Origin: an uncultured delta proteobacterium
GTDB taxonomy: Bacteria > Myxococcota_A > Polyangia > Polyangiales > Polyangiaceae
Assembly (NCBI GenBank): GCA_963806225.1
Contig: CAWDXG010000001.1
Span: 256,001 to 320,000 of the forward strand
Direction: 5' to 3'
Length of the DNA: 64,000 nucleotides
This document shows positions 1-12,386 of this stretch, one piece after another (the stretch's first letter is position 1; every line of letters begins with the position of its first letter). A program made the translations under genes and the position numbers. The notes beneath the pieces are model-generated. The model did not search any database. It had not been told where the DNA came from and worked only from the letters and a program-made list of their open reading frames with translations.

Positions 1-1
1 C

Positions 2-322
2 ATCCCGCCGCACCGGACGGACACCGGCGCGTATCTGGTCAGCGAGGTGTTCGGCACCCGCTCGATGATCTACGTGAAGGACGAGAACGGCCTGTACACG
101 GCCGACCCGAAGAAGGACAGGAACGCGAAGTTCATCCCGGAGATCAGCGTCGACGAGCTCAAGGCGATGGACCTGGACGACGTCGTCGTCGAGCGCGCCG
201 TGCTCGACTTCATGCAAAACGCCGAGCACCGGCGCTCGATCCAGATCATCAACGGCCTGGTGCCGGGCAATCTCACCCGCGCGCTCGACGGCGAGCACGT
301 GGGCACCATCATCCGCGCGTAG
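2..322 (+). CDS. mosB: Molybdenum storage protein subunit, beta-like (amino-acid kinase fold), 5'-truncated by the window edge
   Basis: Frame open from base 2: IPPHRTDTGAYLVSEVFG...VKDENGLYTADPK...FIPEISVDEL...INGLVPGNLTRALDGEHVGTIIRA, closely resembling the C-terminus of Azotobacter MoSto subunits; followed by a paralog and modC. Confidence 0.8.
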   Translation: MPPHRTDTGAYLVSEVFGTRSMIYVKDENGLYTADPKKDRNAKFIPEISVDELKAMDLDDVVVERAVLDFMQNAEHRRSIQIINGLVPGNLTRALDGEHVGTIIRA

Positions 323-326
323 CGAC

Positions 327-1151
327 ATGACCGACGACCGCCGACACCATCTCAGCTCGCTCCTGATGCGCGAGAGCCTGCTCGACAAGGCGCTCATCGG
401 CTCCACCGAAGCGCCCGTGCGCCGCATGTTGCCCGAGGTGGACGTGGTCAAGATCGGTGCCGGCTCGATCCTCGATCGTGGCCGGGGCGCGGTGATGCCG
501 CTGATCGATGCGCTCGCAGCGGCGCTGCCCGAGCGCAAGCTGATCCTGGGGACCGGCGGCGGCGCGCGCAGCCGGCACCTTTTGTCGATCGGTATCGATC
601 TGGGGCTGCCCACCGGCGTGCTGGCACAGCTCACGGCCGCCGATGCGCTCGGCAATGCGCACCTGCTCGGCATGCTGCTGGCACCGCACGGTGTCGTGGC
701 TATCCCGCCGGAGATCCTCGGCCACCTGCTGCCGCTGTTCATCCAGGCCGCGCCGGGCGTGATCTTCCACGGCGTGCCGCCCTACTCGCTGTGGGAGCAC
801 CCGCCCGCCCGGGGTCGCATTCCGCCCCACCGCACCGACGCGGGCTGCTTTCTGCTCGCGGAAACCTTCGGTTGCCGGTCGCTCACACTGGTCAAGGACG
901 TGGACGGCTTGTTCGACGCCCACCCCCGGCACCATCCCGGTGCGACCTTCATTCCGGAAATCTCCACCGACGAGCTCAGGCGGCGAGCGCTTCCCACGTT
1001 GCCGTTCGATCGCGTGCTGATCGATCTGCTCGACGAGGCGCGCCTGATCGACCGCTTCCAGATCATCAACGGCCTGCGCCCCGAGCTCTTGGCACCCGCG
1101 CTCGCGGGAGAGCACGTCGGAACCTGGGTCTTCGCTGAGCCGCGCGGATAG
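327..1151 (+). CDS. mosA: Molybdenum storage protein subunit, alpha-like (amino-acid kinase/UMP kinase fold)
   Basis: N-terminal HHLSSLLMRESLLDK extension, VVKIGAGSILDRG, GTGGGARSRH, GIDLGLPTGVL, RIPPHRTDAGCFLLAE and GEHVGT motifs. The alpha versus beta assignment is tentative. Confidence 0.75.
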   Translation: MTDDRRHHLSSLLMRESLLDKALIGSTEAPVRRMLPEVDVVKIGAGSILDRGRGAVMPLIDALAAALPERKLILGTGGGARSRHLLSIGIDLGLPTGVLAQLTAADALGNAHLLGMLLAPHGVVAIPPEILGHLLPLFIQAAPGVIFHGVPPYSLWEHPPARGRIPPHRTDAGCFLLAETFGCRSLTLVKDVDGLFDAHPRHHPGATFIPEISTDELRRRALPTLPFDRVLIDLLDEARLIDRFQIINGLRPELLAPALAGEHVGTWVFAEPRG

Positions 1152-1162
1152 TCGGAGCGTTC

Positions 1163-2269
1163 ATGGTCGACAACGAGGCGCGGTTGAACCTCGCGGTGCA
1201 ACTGCCGCGCGATCGCTTCGTACTCGAGGTCGACGTGGCCTCGGACGACCACGTGCTCGGCATATTCGGGCCCTCGGGGTCGGGCAAGACGAGCCTGCTC
1301 GAGGTCGTAGCGGGGCTGGAGCGCGGCGCGACGGGCAGGGTCGGCATCGGCGGGAAGCTCTGGCTCGATTCGGCACGCGGCGTGTTCATGCGACCCGAGG
1401 CACGACGCGTCGGCTACGTTCCGCAGGACGCGCTCTTGTTCCCGCACCTCGACGTGAAGGAGAACCTCCTGGCAGGCGCGCGCCGGGCGAGGCGCCTTTC
1501 CCGGCCGGTGGAAGAGATGCTGCGAAGCGTGTCGGCCACGCTCGGGCTGGAGCCGCTCTGGTCGCGCGATGTGTCGAATCTGTCCGGCGGCGAGCGCCAG
1601 CGCGTTGCGCTCGGTCGCGCGCTCTGTTCGGCTCCCGAGCTGCTGCTGCTCGACGAACCGCTCAGCGCGCTCGACATGCCGTTGCGCCGGCGTCTGCTCG
1701 GCTTCATCCGTCGCGTCCGTGAGGATTTCGACATCCCGATGCTGGTCGTGTCGCACGACCCGACCGAGGTGCAGGCGCTCTGCGACAGCGTCGTGGTGCT
1801 GCGCGAAGGGCGCGTGGTGGCCCGCGGAGCGCCGCACGACGTGCTCGCCGACCCGCAGGTGTTCGAGCTGGCGGCCGGGGGCGGCTTCGAGAACACGCTG
1901 CCGTGTAGGGTGACCTCGGTGGAGGGTGAGGTCGCCCGCGTGCGTCTGGGACAGAGCGTCGCGATCGCGACGCGCGGAGCCGCGGTTGCGGCCGGCGATC
2001 AGAGCCTGGTGGGCATCCCTTCGCGTGACATCATCGTGGCGACGTTGCGGCCGGAGGGGCTCTCCGCGCGCAATGTCATCGCGGCGAGCATCGACGGTAT
2101 CTCCGCCTCGGGCACGCAGCGCGTGCTGCGCGCCCGAGTCGCGCCCGACGTGCCCCAGCTGATCGTCGAGCTGAGCGCCGAAGCCGCCAGCGAGCTCGGT
2201 CTCGAGCCCGGTCGCGAGGTGTTCCTGGTCTTCAAGTCCGCATCCTGCGTGCTGTATCCGGCTGGCTAA
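1163..2269 (+). CDS. modC: Molybdate ABC transporter ATP-binding protein with C-terminal TOBE/Mop domains
   Basis: Walker A GPSGSGKT, signature LSGGERQRVALGRAL, Walker B LLLLDEP, VSHD, SARN motif and C-terminal LGLEPGREVFLVFKS. Confidence 0.92.
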   Translation: MVDNEARLNLAVQLPRDRFVLEVDVASDDHVLGIFGPSGSGKTSLLEVVAGLERGATGRVGIGGKLWLDSARGVFMRPEARRVGYVPQDALLFPHLDVKENLLAGARRARRLSRPVEEMLRSVSATLGLEPLWSRDVSNLSGGERQRVALGRALCSAPELLLLDEPLSALDMPLRRRLLGFIRRVREDFDIPMLVVSHDPTEVQALCDSVVVLREGRVVARGAPHDVLADPQVFELAAGGGFENTLPCRVTSVEGEVARVRLGQSVAIATRGAAVAAGDQSLVGIPSRDIIVATLRPEGLSARNVIAASIDGISASGTQRVLRARVAPDVPQLIVELSAEAASELGLEPGREVFLVFKSASCVLYPAG

Positions 2270-2362
2270 GGTCGGAGGCTTGTCGCGCCGTGCGGCTGCC
2301 GGTAGCATGGTCTCCCCTGCGTTGCCCGTGCTGGCGGGCGCCATTCCTTTTCGATCGAGGTC

Positions 2363-3997
<1,635 letters not shown>

Positions 3998-4144
3998 CCT
4001 GCCAATCTGGCATCGACGCATGACAGATTGCCGCGACAACCCCGCGTTGGCGCGTATTGCTGAAATGATGCCCGTCAACTAACCTCGCTCAAGCCTCCGC
4101 TCTCTGCATCGACGTGGCCGGGCGAAGGCGCTTCTGGAGGTTGG

Positions 4145-6277
4145 ATGAGGCTTCTGCCGTGCGCTCTCTTGGTTGCTCTTGCGCTGGTTCCGGCGTGCGG
4201 CGGCGGGAGCGGCGGCAATGGATCCGACGCAGGCGCGGCGGGTAGCGCCGGGGCTGCAGGTGCTGCCGGTTCGGCCGGAGCTTCCGGCTCGGACGGGGGC
4301 GGCGCGGGCGGCAGCTCAGGTACGGCCGGAGCCGGCGGCCAGGGCGGCAGTCCGGACACGACTCCCCCGACGTTCGCGGGCATCGATACCGCCACGGACG
4401 ACAGCGAGACGCGCATCTCGCTCACATGGAAGCCCGCTTCGGATGACGTCTCCTCCGCCGAACGCATCGCCTACCGCGTCTACGCGGGCTCGAGCTCTGG
4501 CGCAGAGGACTTCACGAAGCCTGTGGTCACGACGCCCTCGGGTGCGACCAGCGCGCTGATCTCGGGGCTCGCCCCCGCGTCGGACTACTACTTCGTGGTC
4601 CGCGCAGTGGACGAGGCCGGCAACGAGGACTCCAACACCACCGAGAAGAGCGCGAGCACCCCCGACACCACGGCGCCGCTCTTCCCGGGCGTCACGCACG
4701 TCGAAGCGCGCACGTCGCACGAGCTGCTGGTGGAATGGAAGCCCGGCTACGACGCCGGCACGCCGGAGTCCCAGCTCAAGTACCGGGTGTACGTGTCGGA
4801 CACCGAGGGCGGCCAGGATTTTTCCACGCCGACGGCGGAATCGACGCCCGGCGCGAGCTCTATTGTGGTCAGCGGGCTTTCACCGCTCACCTACTATTTC
4901 GTCGTCGTGCGGGCCGTCGATGCCGACGGCAACGAGGAGACGAACACCATCGAGCGCTCGGACAGGACGCCGGAAGGTGTTTCGCCGGTTTTCAAAGGGG
5001 CGACGCAGGCCATCGCGCGGGCTGATTCGATCAAGATCTACTGGGCCCCCGCCACGGACAACGTCACCGAGCAGGCCAACATGCTCTACGACGTGTACGA
5101 GTCGACGAAGAAGGGCGGCGAGGACTTCTCGAAGCCGACGTACACGACCGAAGCGGCGGCCATCACCTACACGGCCAAGAGCCTGGCGCCGAACACGCGC
5201 TACTACTACGTCGTCCGCGCGCGTGACGTGGCGGGCAACTCCGACTCGAACACGGTCGAGGTCACCGCGCTCACGGGCGGCACGACCGACACGGCGGCGC
5301 CGGTGTTCGGCGGGGTTGTGAGCGTCACCAGCACCAGCCCTTCCACGCTCGATGTCACCTGGAAGAAGGCGGCCGACAACCAGACCCTCGACAGCGACAT
5401 CGTCTACGACGTGTTCGTTGCCGACAGCGCCGGCACGGAGAACTTCTCGACTCCGACGCTCACGTCTGCGCCGGGTGTGCTGAGCGCGACCGTGATGGGG
5501 CTCTCGCCGTCGAGCACGCACTACGTCGTGGTGCGCGCCCGGGACCAGGCTGGCAATTCGGACGCGAACACCACGGAAGCCAGCGCCACCACCCTGCCCA
5601 ACGGCAGCGGAGACAACGTCGCGCCGACGTGGACCGGCGGCCCGAACGTGTCGACCGTCGGCAGCCAGCCCTCTCAGCTCGGCGTGAACTGGACGGCAGC
5701 CACCGACGATACCTACGGCGCGGCCGACATCCGGTATCACGTGTGCGCCGAGAAGCAGGACGCCGACTGCATGGGCACGGAGTTCGACAAGCACGTGCGC
5801 GCCACCTCGGCATGGGGCGCGACCAGCCTGGGCTTGACCGGGCTTTCACCGCGGACGCTGTATCACGTGTACGTCCGCGCCGAGGATCGCTCGGGCAACG
5901 TCGAGACGGGCGACCACTCTGCCCAGCAGCTGACCGCGACATCCTACAGCCAGAACGTGTTGCCCATCTGGGAAGACCGCTGCAACGGCTGCCACAACTT
6001 CGATTACCTGAAGACCGTCGACGTGCTGGGCGGCTACATCGACCCGGTGTACGGCAACCTGAAACTCGTCGACAAGGGACGGCCCGGGTTCAGCCTGATC
6101 TATCGCCGGATCAATCCGCAGGGGCTCCAGACCTCGCCGTTCTCGGCGACGGTCCCCGACAACTATGCCGGGCTCCAGGAGCCGCGCGACGGTACCGGGC
6201 TCAGCTTCACCGCGCTGAGTCCGGCGGAGGACGGCGCGATCCGTGACTGGATCAAGGCCGGGGCATACGCGAATTGA
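4145..6277 (+). CDS. Lipoprotein with five fibronectin type III repeats and a C-terminal monohaem cytochrome c domain
   Basis: Lipobox VPAC; repeats of P.F.G...W..A.D...Y.VY...L.P...Y.VVVRA.D..GN; C-terminus SYSQNVLPIWEDRCNGCH...IRDWIKAGA. Confidence 0.85.
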   Translation: MRLLPCALLVALALVPACGGGSGGNGSDAGAAGSAGAAGAAGSAGASGSDGGGAGGSSGTAGAGGQGGSPDTTPPTFAGIDTATDDSETRISLTWKPASDDVSSAERIAYRVYAGSSSGAEDFTKPVVTTPSGATSALISGLAPASDYYFVVRAVDEAGNEDSNTTEKSASTPDTTAPLFPGVTHVEARTSHELLVEWKPGYDAGTPESQLKYRVYVSDTEGGQDFSTPTAESTPGASSIVVSGLSPLTYYFVVVRAVDADGNEETNTIERSDRTPEGVSPVFKGATQAIARADSIKIYWAPATDNVTEQANMLYDVYESTKKGGEDFSKPTYTTEAAAITYTAKSLAPNTRYYYVVRARDVAGNSDSNTVEVTALTGGTTDTAAPVFGGVVSVTSTSPSTLDVTWKKAADNQTLDSDIVYDVFVADSAGTENFSTPTLTSAPGVLSATVMGLSPSSTHYVVVRARDQAGNSDANTTEASATTLPNGSGDNVAPTWTGGPNVSTVGSQPSQLGVNWTAATDDTYGAADIRYHVCAEKQDADCMGTEFDKHVRATSAWGATSLGLTGLSPRTLYHVYVRAEDRSGNVETGDHSAQQLTATSYSQNVLPIWEDRCNGCHNFDYLKTVDVLGGYIDPVYGNLKLVDKGRPGFSLIYRRINPQGLQTSPFSATVPDNYAGLQEPRDGTGLSFTALSPAEDGAIRDWIKAGAYAN

Positions 6278-6304
6278 GCATGCTGTGTTGAATCGAGGTT
6301 TTTC

Positions 6305-8153
6305 ATGAAGGCGCTGGCTGTTCTTTCCTGGATAGCTGTGGCGGTCTCGGGATCACCGTGGTGGCCTGCGGTAGCTCCAGCAAGCTGAGCTGCGGCAAGG
6401 GAACGCGGCAGTCGGGAGATAGCTGCGTGGCGGAGACGGCCGGCGCGGCTGGCGCGGCGGGCAGCGCCGGGATGGGCGGCAGCGGCGGCGTTGCGGGCAC
6501 AGGCGGGGTGGCTGGTGCGGGCGGGGGCAGCGCGGGCGCGGACGCGGGGCCAGTGGTCCATCCGCCGACGTTCGCCGGCGTCGCAGTCTGTCGATCCGGC
6601 TTCGGACACGAGCCTGCAGGTTGCGTGGCAGGCGGCCAAGGACGACGTGACCGCCACCGGAGGACATCGTCTATCGCGTCTACCTGGCGACCACTAAAGG
6701 GCGACGAGAACTTCGGCGCGCCGCAGCTCGAGACGCCGCCGGGGGCCACGAGCGCCGTGGTCGGCAACCTCCAGCCCGGCAACGACTACTTCGTCGTGGT
6801 GCGTGCGATGAACGAGGCGGGCGACGAGGACGACGAACGGACCAAGGAAATCAAGGGGACGCCCGCGGTGGACACCACACCGCCGACCTTTGCCGGCATC
6901 ACGGCCGCCAAGACGACGTGGACGCGAGCTCGGTGAAGGTGACTCGTGGGACTCCGGCCCAGGACGACGTGACCCAGGCCGGCCGGCATCTCCTATGTCG
7001 TCAGCTGGGCGCCCACGAAGGGCGGCGCCCCGACCGGAACCATCGCGGGCGTGACGGCTCCGGGCGCCAGCTCCTTCGCCGTCGACAACGCTGCCCGATC
7101 CGGAGCAGGAGTACTACTTCGCGGTGCACGCGCGGGACGCTGCGGGCAACGAGGACACGAACACCGCCGAGATGTCCGCGACGACCGCGAAGGACACCAC
7201 GCCGCCCGTCTTCGGCGGCTGCGTCGCCACTGCCTCGCCTGGCGCCACCACCGTGACGGTGAGCTGGGACGCCGGCGCGCGACAACACCACGTCCGCCGA
7301 CGACATCCAGTACAACGTCTACGCCTTCACCAGCCCGTGGACAAGAACACGCCGTTCGGCGTTCCGGTCAGCTCGTTCATGGGCGGCTCGACCGGCGAGG
7401 TCAACGGCCTCAAGCCGAAGAGCACCTTCTATCTGGTGTGCCGCGCCCAGGACAAGAGCGGCAACGAGGACACGAACATCGCCTACCGCGTTGTGCAAAC
7501 GCTCGACGACAGCACGCCGCCGACGTTCGCCGGCCTGCTCAGCACCACGGTGCACGCCACCACGGCGGATCTGAACTGGAACGCGGCTACCGACGACCAG
7601 ACGCCGGACAAGGACATCATCTACATCATCTACCAGTCCATCACCGCCGAATGACGCGCTGAACGAGCCGGCGGTCGCGAAGTCGAATCCCGGCGACACT
7701 ACGATCACGCTGACGGGCCTCCAGTCGAACACAACGTACTACTGGGTGGTTCGCGCCCAGGACAAGGCCGGCAACATCAGCACCAATACCGCCGAGACCT
7801 CGGCGACTACGCTGGTCAGCTTCGAGGACAACGTGCAGCCGATCCTCACTTCGCTCTGCGCCAAGGTCGGCTGCCACGGCGCAGTGAACCCACCGCAGGG
7901 GCTCAACATGAGCGACGGCTACGCCTGGTACAACCTCGTCGGCGATCTGGGCAACCCGATCTCCTCCGTGGAGCAGCCGAGCGTCCATCGTGTGGAGCCG
8001 GGCGACCCCACCAACAGCTACATGTACAAGAAGATCACCGGTGCTGCCGGCATCTCGGGTAGCTCGATGCCGCCCTCCGGCAATACCCCCCCAGACGCCA
8101 CCCAGAAGGACACCATCAAGCAGTGGATCCTCCAGGGTGCGAAGAACAACTGA
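6305..8153 (+). CDS. Paralogous lipoprotein with four fibronectin type III repeats and a C-terminal cytochrome c-like domain (CX4CH); multiply frameshifted in this assembly
   Basis: Pieced from ORFs 6358-6936, 6491-6697, 7051-7662, 7124-7654 and 7746-8153; MKALAVLSW...VVAC lipobox; PPTFAG and VRA.D..GN repeats; VSFEDNVQPILTSLCAKVGCH...MPP...IKQWILQGA. Confidence 0.75.
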
Positions 8154-8157
8154 CCCG

Positions 8158-9681
8158 ATGCGACACACAATCCGCAACAGCGCCCTACCGCTTGCATGCG
8201 CACTGGCGCTTTCCGCCGCATTCGGTTGCAGCGTGATCAACTCGTTCGACGCGGTGAAGCCGGCGTCGGACGGTGGCGTGGCAGGCAGTGCCGGATTGGG
8301 CGGCGGTGGCCTGGGCGGCGGCGGTCTAGGCGGCGGCGGCGGCCTGGGCGGCGATGGCGGCCTGGGTGGCGGCGCTGGCCTGGGCGGCGGCGCTGGCCTG
8401 GGCGGCGGCGGCGGTCTCGGTGGTGGCGGCGGTGCGGCGGGCGTCGGTGGCGGCGGCGCCGGTGGCACGGCCGGCAGCGCGGGCTCGGGCGGTACTGGGG
8501 GGGTCGACGCCGGGCCCCCTCCGACCGGGCTTATCGTGGTGTCGGGCTTCAACGGACAGGGCAAGACCGTGCTGTCCACGCTCAATCCGTGGACCGGTGG
8601 GGAGCTGGCGGCAGAGCCAGAGAGCGATGTCGCCAAGGCCATCGCCTACGACGCGTCCCGCGACGTCTGGTTCATCTTCACGCCGACGAAGAACGCCGGA
8701 CCTGCGACGCTGAGCGTGCGCACTTTCGACGCGACAAAAAGGCAGTGGACCGAGCTGTCCACCGCGCAGGTTCCGGCCCCGAAGGGCCCCGAGGTCCTTG
8801 CCGTGTTGAAGGACCGCATCCTGTACGCTTCAGGCATCGGACAGGACGGCGCTCCGCCGACCCAGGGTTTCACGTTGCTCGACACCACCGACCTGAAGAA
8901 CGTGAGCGTGCGCGGAACTCCCCAGTCGCCCCCTCTGGACGCCGCGAAATACGCACTCCTTGGCCTGAATGCCTGGCCTGCGAAGGCAGGGGCAGGCGGC
9001 AACGTGACGATGATCGTCGAGGACGCCAGCAACTGCGGACCCACGACCTCCGATGGCGGCGCCTCCGTCAACGCCTGCCCCATCGACCTCGTTCCTGCTT
9101 CCGTCGGGGCGACCGACAACGCTCCGTCGATCGGGGGATTCAAGCAGGTTGCGATGATGCCGGCCTTGAGCGCCAGCACCGTGTGGACGGCGGATCGCCG
9201 TTCGGGAGACGAAGCGGACATCCTCGTGCTCCCGCCGCTGTTCCCCGGTTCCAACGGGCACGTCAGGTCCTTCAACCGGTTCGATCAGTCCCAGGTGGGA
9301 ACGCCGATCCCGTTTGCTATCAACGCTGGTCAGCTGAGCGGCGCGGCGTTCGATCCGTGTCGCAATCTGGTGATCGCGACCGAGCTGAAGACGGCGCGGG
9401 GCATCTACGTGATCCCCCGCGATCCGGGCGGCGTGCCGATCAGCCAGTCACTGTCGACGACGGCGCAGGGTGTCTTCTACGAACCGTACACGCGGACGGT
9501 GATCCGGCAGTTTACCGACCAGTCGAACTTCGAGCTCTCGGCCTATCTGCTAAAGGGCACGAACACCGCCCCGACGCTCAGCCAGCGACTCTCGTCGTCG
9601 TCGCTGCCGTGGAACCCACCCGTTCTCGACCCGAGGATGGTCGCAGTGAAGATCCCGCCTCAAGCGGTCAACTGCAACTAG
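8158..9681 (+). CDS. Hypothetical lipoprotein: poly-Gly linker followed by a beta-rich (possibly propeller) domain
   Basis: MRHTIRN...AAFGC lipobox, GGGGL repeats, AIAYD/GAAFDP/GVFYEP blade-like motifs; starts 4 nt after the previous stop. Confidence 0.7.
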   Translation: MRHTIRNSALPLACALALSAAFGCSVINSFDAVKPASDGGVAGSAGLGGGGLGGGGLGGGGGLGGDGGLGGGAGLGGGAGLGGGGGLGGGGGAAGVGGGGAGGTAGSAGSGGTGGVDAGPPPTGLIVVSGFNGQGKTVLSTLNPWTGGELAAEPESDVAKAIAYDASRDVWFIFTPTKNAGPATLSVRTFDATKRQWTELSTAQVPAPKGPEVLAVLKDRILYASGIGQDGAPPTQGFTLLDTTDLKNVSVRGTPQSPPLDAAKYALLGLNAWPAKAGAGGNVTMIVEDASNCGPTTSDGGASVNACPIDLVPASVGATDNAPSIGGFKQVAMMPALSASTVWTADRRSGDEADILVLPPLFPGSNGHVRSFNRFDQSQVGTPIPFAINAGQLSGAAFDPCRNLVIATELKTARGIYVIPRDPGGVPISQSLSTTAQGVFYEPYTRTVIRQFTDQSNFELSAYLLKGTNTAPTLSQRLSSSSLPWNPPVLDPRMVAVKIPPQAVNCN

Positions 9682-9810
9682 CGGGCTAGCTGGTCCCGCC
9701 CGCCGCTGCTTGCGGGCCAGATCCGGGCTGCCACGCCGCCTATCGCCCGGAACTTGGCCGTTTTCTCCCGATCCTGCGCATTGTCCGGAGCCGAGCAGGA
9801 GAGGATAGCT

Positions 9811-12376
9811 TTGACGACTTCCGCGCGAATCCAGCCCGAGCTGGTGGCCTTGAGGAAGCTGGCCGAGGAGCTGGCGGGACGCCGCCGCGAGCGCGTGACC
9901 AGCGCGCATCTACTGGCCGCCATCGCTTCGCGTCCGGGCGCGGTCGCTGACCTCCTGGAGGAGCGCAAGCTGGGGCCCGAGACGCTGCTGCGCGCGGCGC
10001 GGGCTTCCAGCGACGAGCTCGAAAATCCGCTGAAGTGGGCGCTCACGCGCGCGCGCGAGGTCGCTTCGCGCATGGGCGCTCCAGATCCCGGGGCGGCGCA
10101 TCTGCTGGTCGCGCTCCTGAACGAACGGCGCGGCGCGGCCCATCAGGCGCTCGATCAGTGTGGCGTCGACGTGAGCCGCTTGAGGACGGCCGCCATGAGC
10201 CTGGGCCAGGGCCTGCTGGGGCGGCGCCGTGTGGTCGCGCGTCGCGACGCTGACCCCGGCACCGCGAAAGGTGGCAGAGAACGCGCAGCGCCGTGCTCCG
10301 ACCGGCGTCACCATCCCGCTCTTCCCGCCGCCGCGCCCCTCGCAGCTGTCGAGCTCGCCGCCCCGCAGCGAGCCGCGCCCGTCGGATCGGAGCGCAGCGT
10401 CGAACACCGCGTCCGCGCGTCCGACGGGCCGCAGCTCCGCGAAGGCGGCGCGCACGGTGGCGCTGTCCACCAGCCCGGAGAGCGGCGCCGCGCCGACCCG
10501 GTCCGGCAACAGCCGCCGCCGGACGAAAGGTCAAGCGTCGCGCGAGTCCCGCTTTGCGCTGGATGCGCAGAAATTCCCGACCCTGTGCGCGCTCGGAACG
10601 AACCTCACCGAAGCGGCAGCCCGTGGCGAGCTGGACCCGGTGGTCGGACGCCAGACCGAGATTGAGCAGACCCTGGACGTGCTGGCCAAGCGCCAGGGCA
10701 ACAACCCCTGCCTCGTCGGCGTTTCCGGAGTCGGCAAGACCAGCGTAGTGCGCGGGCTCGCCCAGCGAATCGCCGAGGCGCGCGACGTGGTCTCCCTCGA
10801 CGATCGGATCATCGTCGAGATCCCGGTCGGCGAGCTCGTAGCAGGTACGGGCGTGCGCGGCGCGTTGGCGCAGCGTATCGCGGCGCTGCGCAAGGAAGTG
10901 CTCTGGCTTCCCGCGGACGCGTGGTGCTCTTCTTCGACGAGATCCACCAGCTGTTCGTGGGCGATGCTGCCGAGGAGCTTTCCGGCGACCTCAAGCTGGC
11001 GCTGGCCCGGGGCGAGCTGCCCTGCATCGGCGCTACGACGCACGAGGAGTACAAGAAGGCGATCGAGAGCGACGCGGCCCTCGCGCGGCGTTTCAGCGTC
11101 GTCGAGGTGGACGAGCCCAGTCGCGAGGACGCCTACCTGATCCTCGGGCGCGCTTGCGAACCGCCTCGAGGAACACCACAAGGTGAGCTACGACGAGGAT
11201 GCGCTCGCGCTTTCCATCGCCTGGTCGGTGCGCTACCTGCCGGGACGCGCGCTGCCGGACAAGGCCATCTCCGTCGTGGATCTCGCGGGCGCCCGCACGC
11301 GGCGTCGCGGTGGGCGCAAGGTGACGGCTGAAGGCGTCGCGGAAGTGATTGCCGAGATGGCGGACATGCCGGTGGAGCGGCTGCTCGAGACGGACGGCGA
11401 CCGCATGCTCAGGCTGGAGGAGATCCTTGCCGACCGGGTCGTGGGGCACGCGCCGCAGATCCGGAAGATCGCGCGGATCCTGCGCCGCAATGCCGCAGGG
11501 CTGGGCTCGCGGCGTCCGATCGGCACGTTCCTCTTGCTTGGCCCCACCGGCGTGGGCAAGACCGAAACCGCCAAGGCGATCGCCGAGGTGTTGTTCCACA
11601 CCGAAAGCGCGATGACGCGCCTCGACCTGTCCGAGTTCAGCGAAGCGCACGCCGTGGCCCGGCTGATCGGCGCGCCTCCGGGCTATATCGGCCACGACTC
11701 GGGCGGACAGTTGACCGAAGCGGTGCGCCGCCGCCCCTACCAGGTGATCCTGCTCGACGAGATCGAGAAGGCGCATCCCGAGGTGCTGGTGACCTTCCTG
11801 GGGGTATTCGACGAGGGGCGGCTCACCGACGGGCGCGGCCGCACCGTGGACTTCACGAACACGGTGATCCTCATGACGTCCAATCTCGGTGCGGCGGAAA
11901 CAGGCGCCAGCCCGCGGCGGCGCGTCGGTTTTGGAAGCGATGCGGCCGAGGAGCGCGCCGATGTCGACGCCCGCGTCGTGGCCGCGGCACGTGCGGCGCT
12001 GCCGCCGGAGCTCTACAACCGCATCGACGAGGTGCTCGCGTTCGCGCCGCTTGGACGCGACGAGGTCCGCGAGATTGCCCGGCGCCTGCTCGCCGGCGTA
12101 GGTCGGGCACTGACGCGGCAGCGCGACGTGCGCCTCGCGGTCGACGACTCCGCGATCGAGGCACTGCTCGACGCCGGCGGCTACGAACCCAGCCTGGGCG
12201 CACGCCCCATGAAGCGCACCATCGCGCGCCTGGTCGAGGCGCCCCTGGCGGAGAAGATCCTGCGCGGCGAGCTCGAGCGCGGCGATGTGCTCTTCATCAA
12301 TGCCGCCGATGGCGAGCTGTCGTTCGACGTGCTCGAGGGCGTGTCGGACGGTTCGGCGAGCTCGGCGGCGGAATAG
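9811..12376 (+). CDS. ATP-dependent Clp protease ATP-binding subunit (ClpA/ClpC type), frameshifted in this assembly
   Basis: Clp N-domain (HLLAAI, HLLVALL); LDPVVGR, NNPCLVG, GVGKTS, FFDEIH, IGATT, LPDKAI; second AAA domain [36 protein letters not shown]; indels near 10250, 10910 and 11150. Confidence 0.88.
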
Positions 12377-12386
12377 CGACTGCCCG

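Noticed and set aside
327..1151. UMP kinase (pyrH)
   Set aside because: Same fold, but the tandem paralogs, MoSto-type motifs and modC linkage, with no tsf/frr context, favour a molybdenum storage protein
4048..4062. Sigma54 promoter upstream of the first Fn3-cytochrome gene (TTGGCGCGTATTGCT)
   Set aside because: The GG-to-GC spacing is 2 nt shorter than the strict -24/-12 requirement
9811..12376. ClpV/type VI secretion ATPase or ClpB
   Set aside because: No T6SS genes nearby, no ClpB middle domain, and a ClpP-binding VGF loop is present
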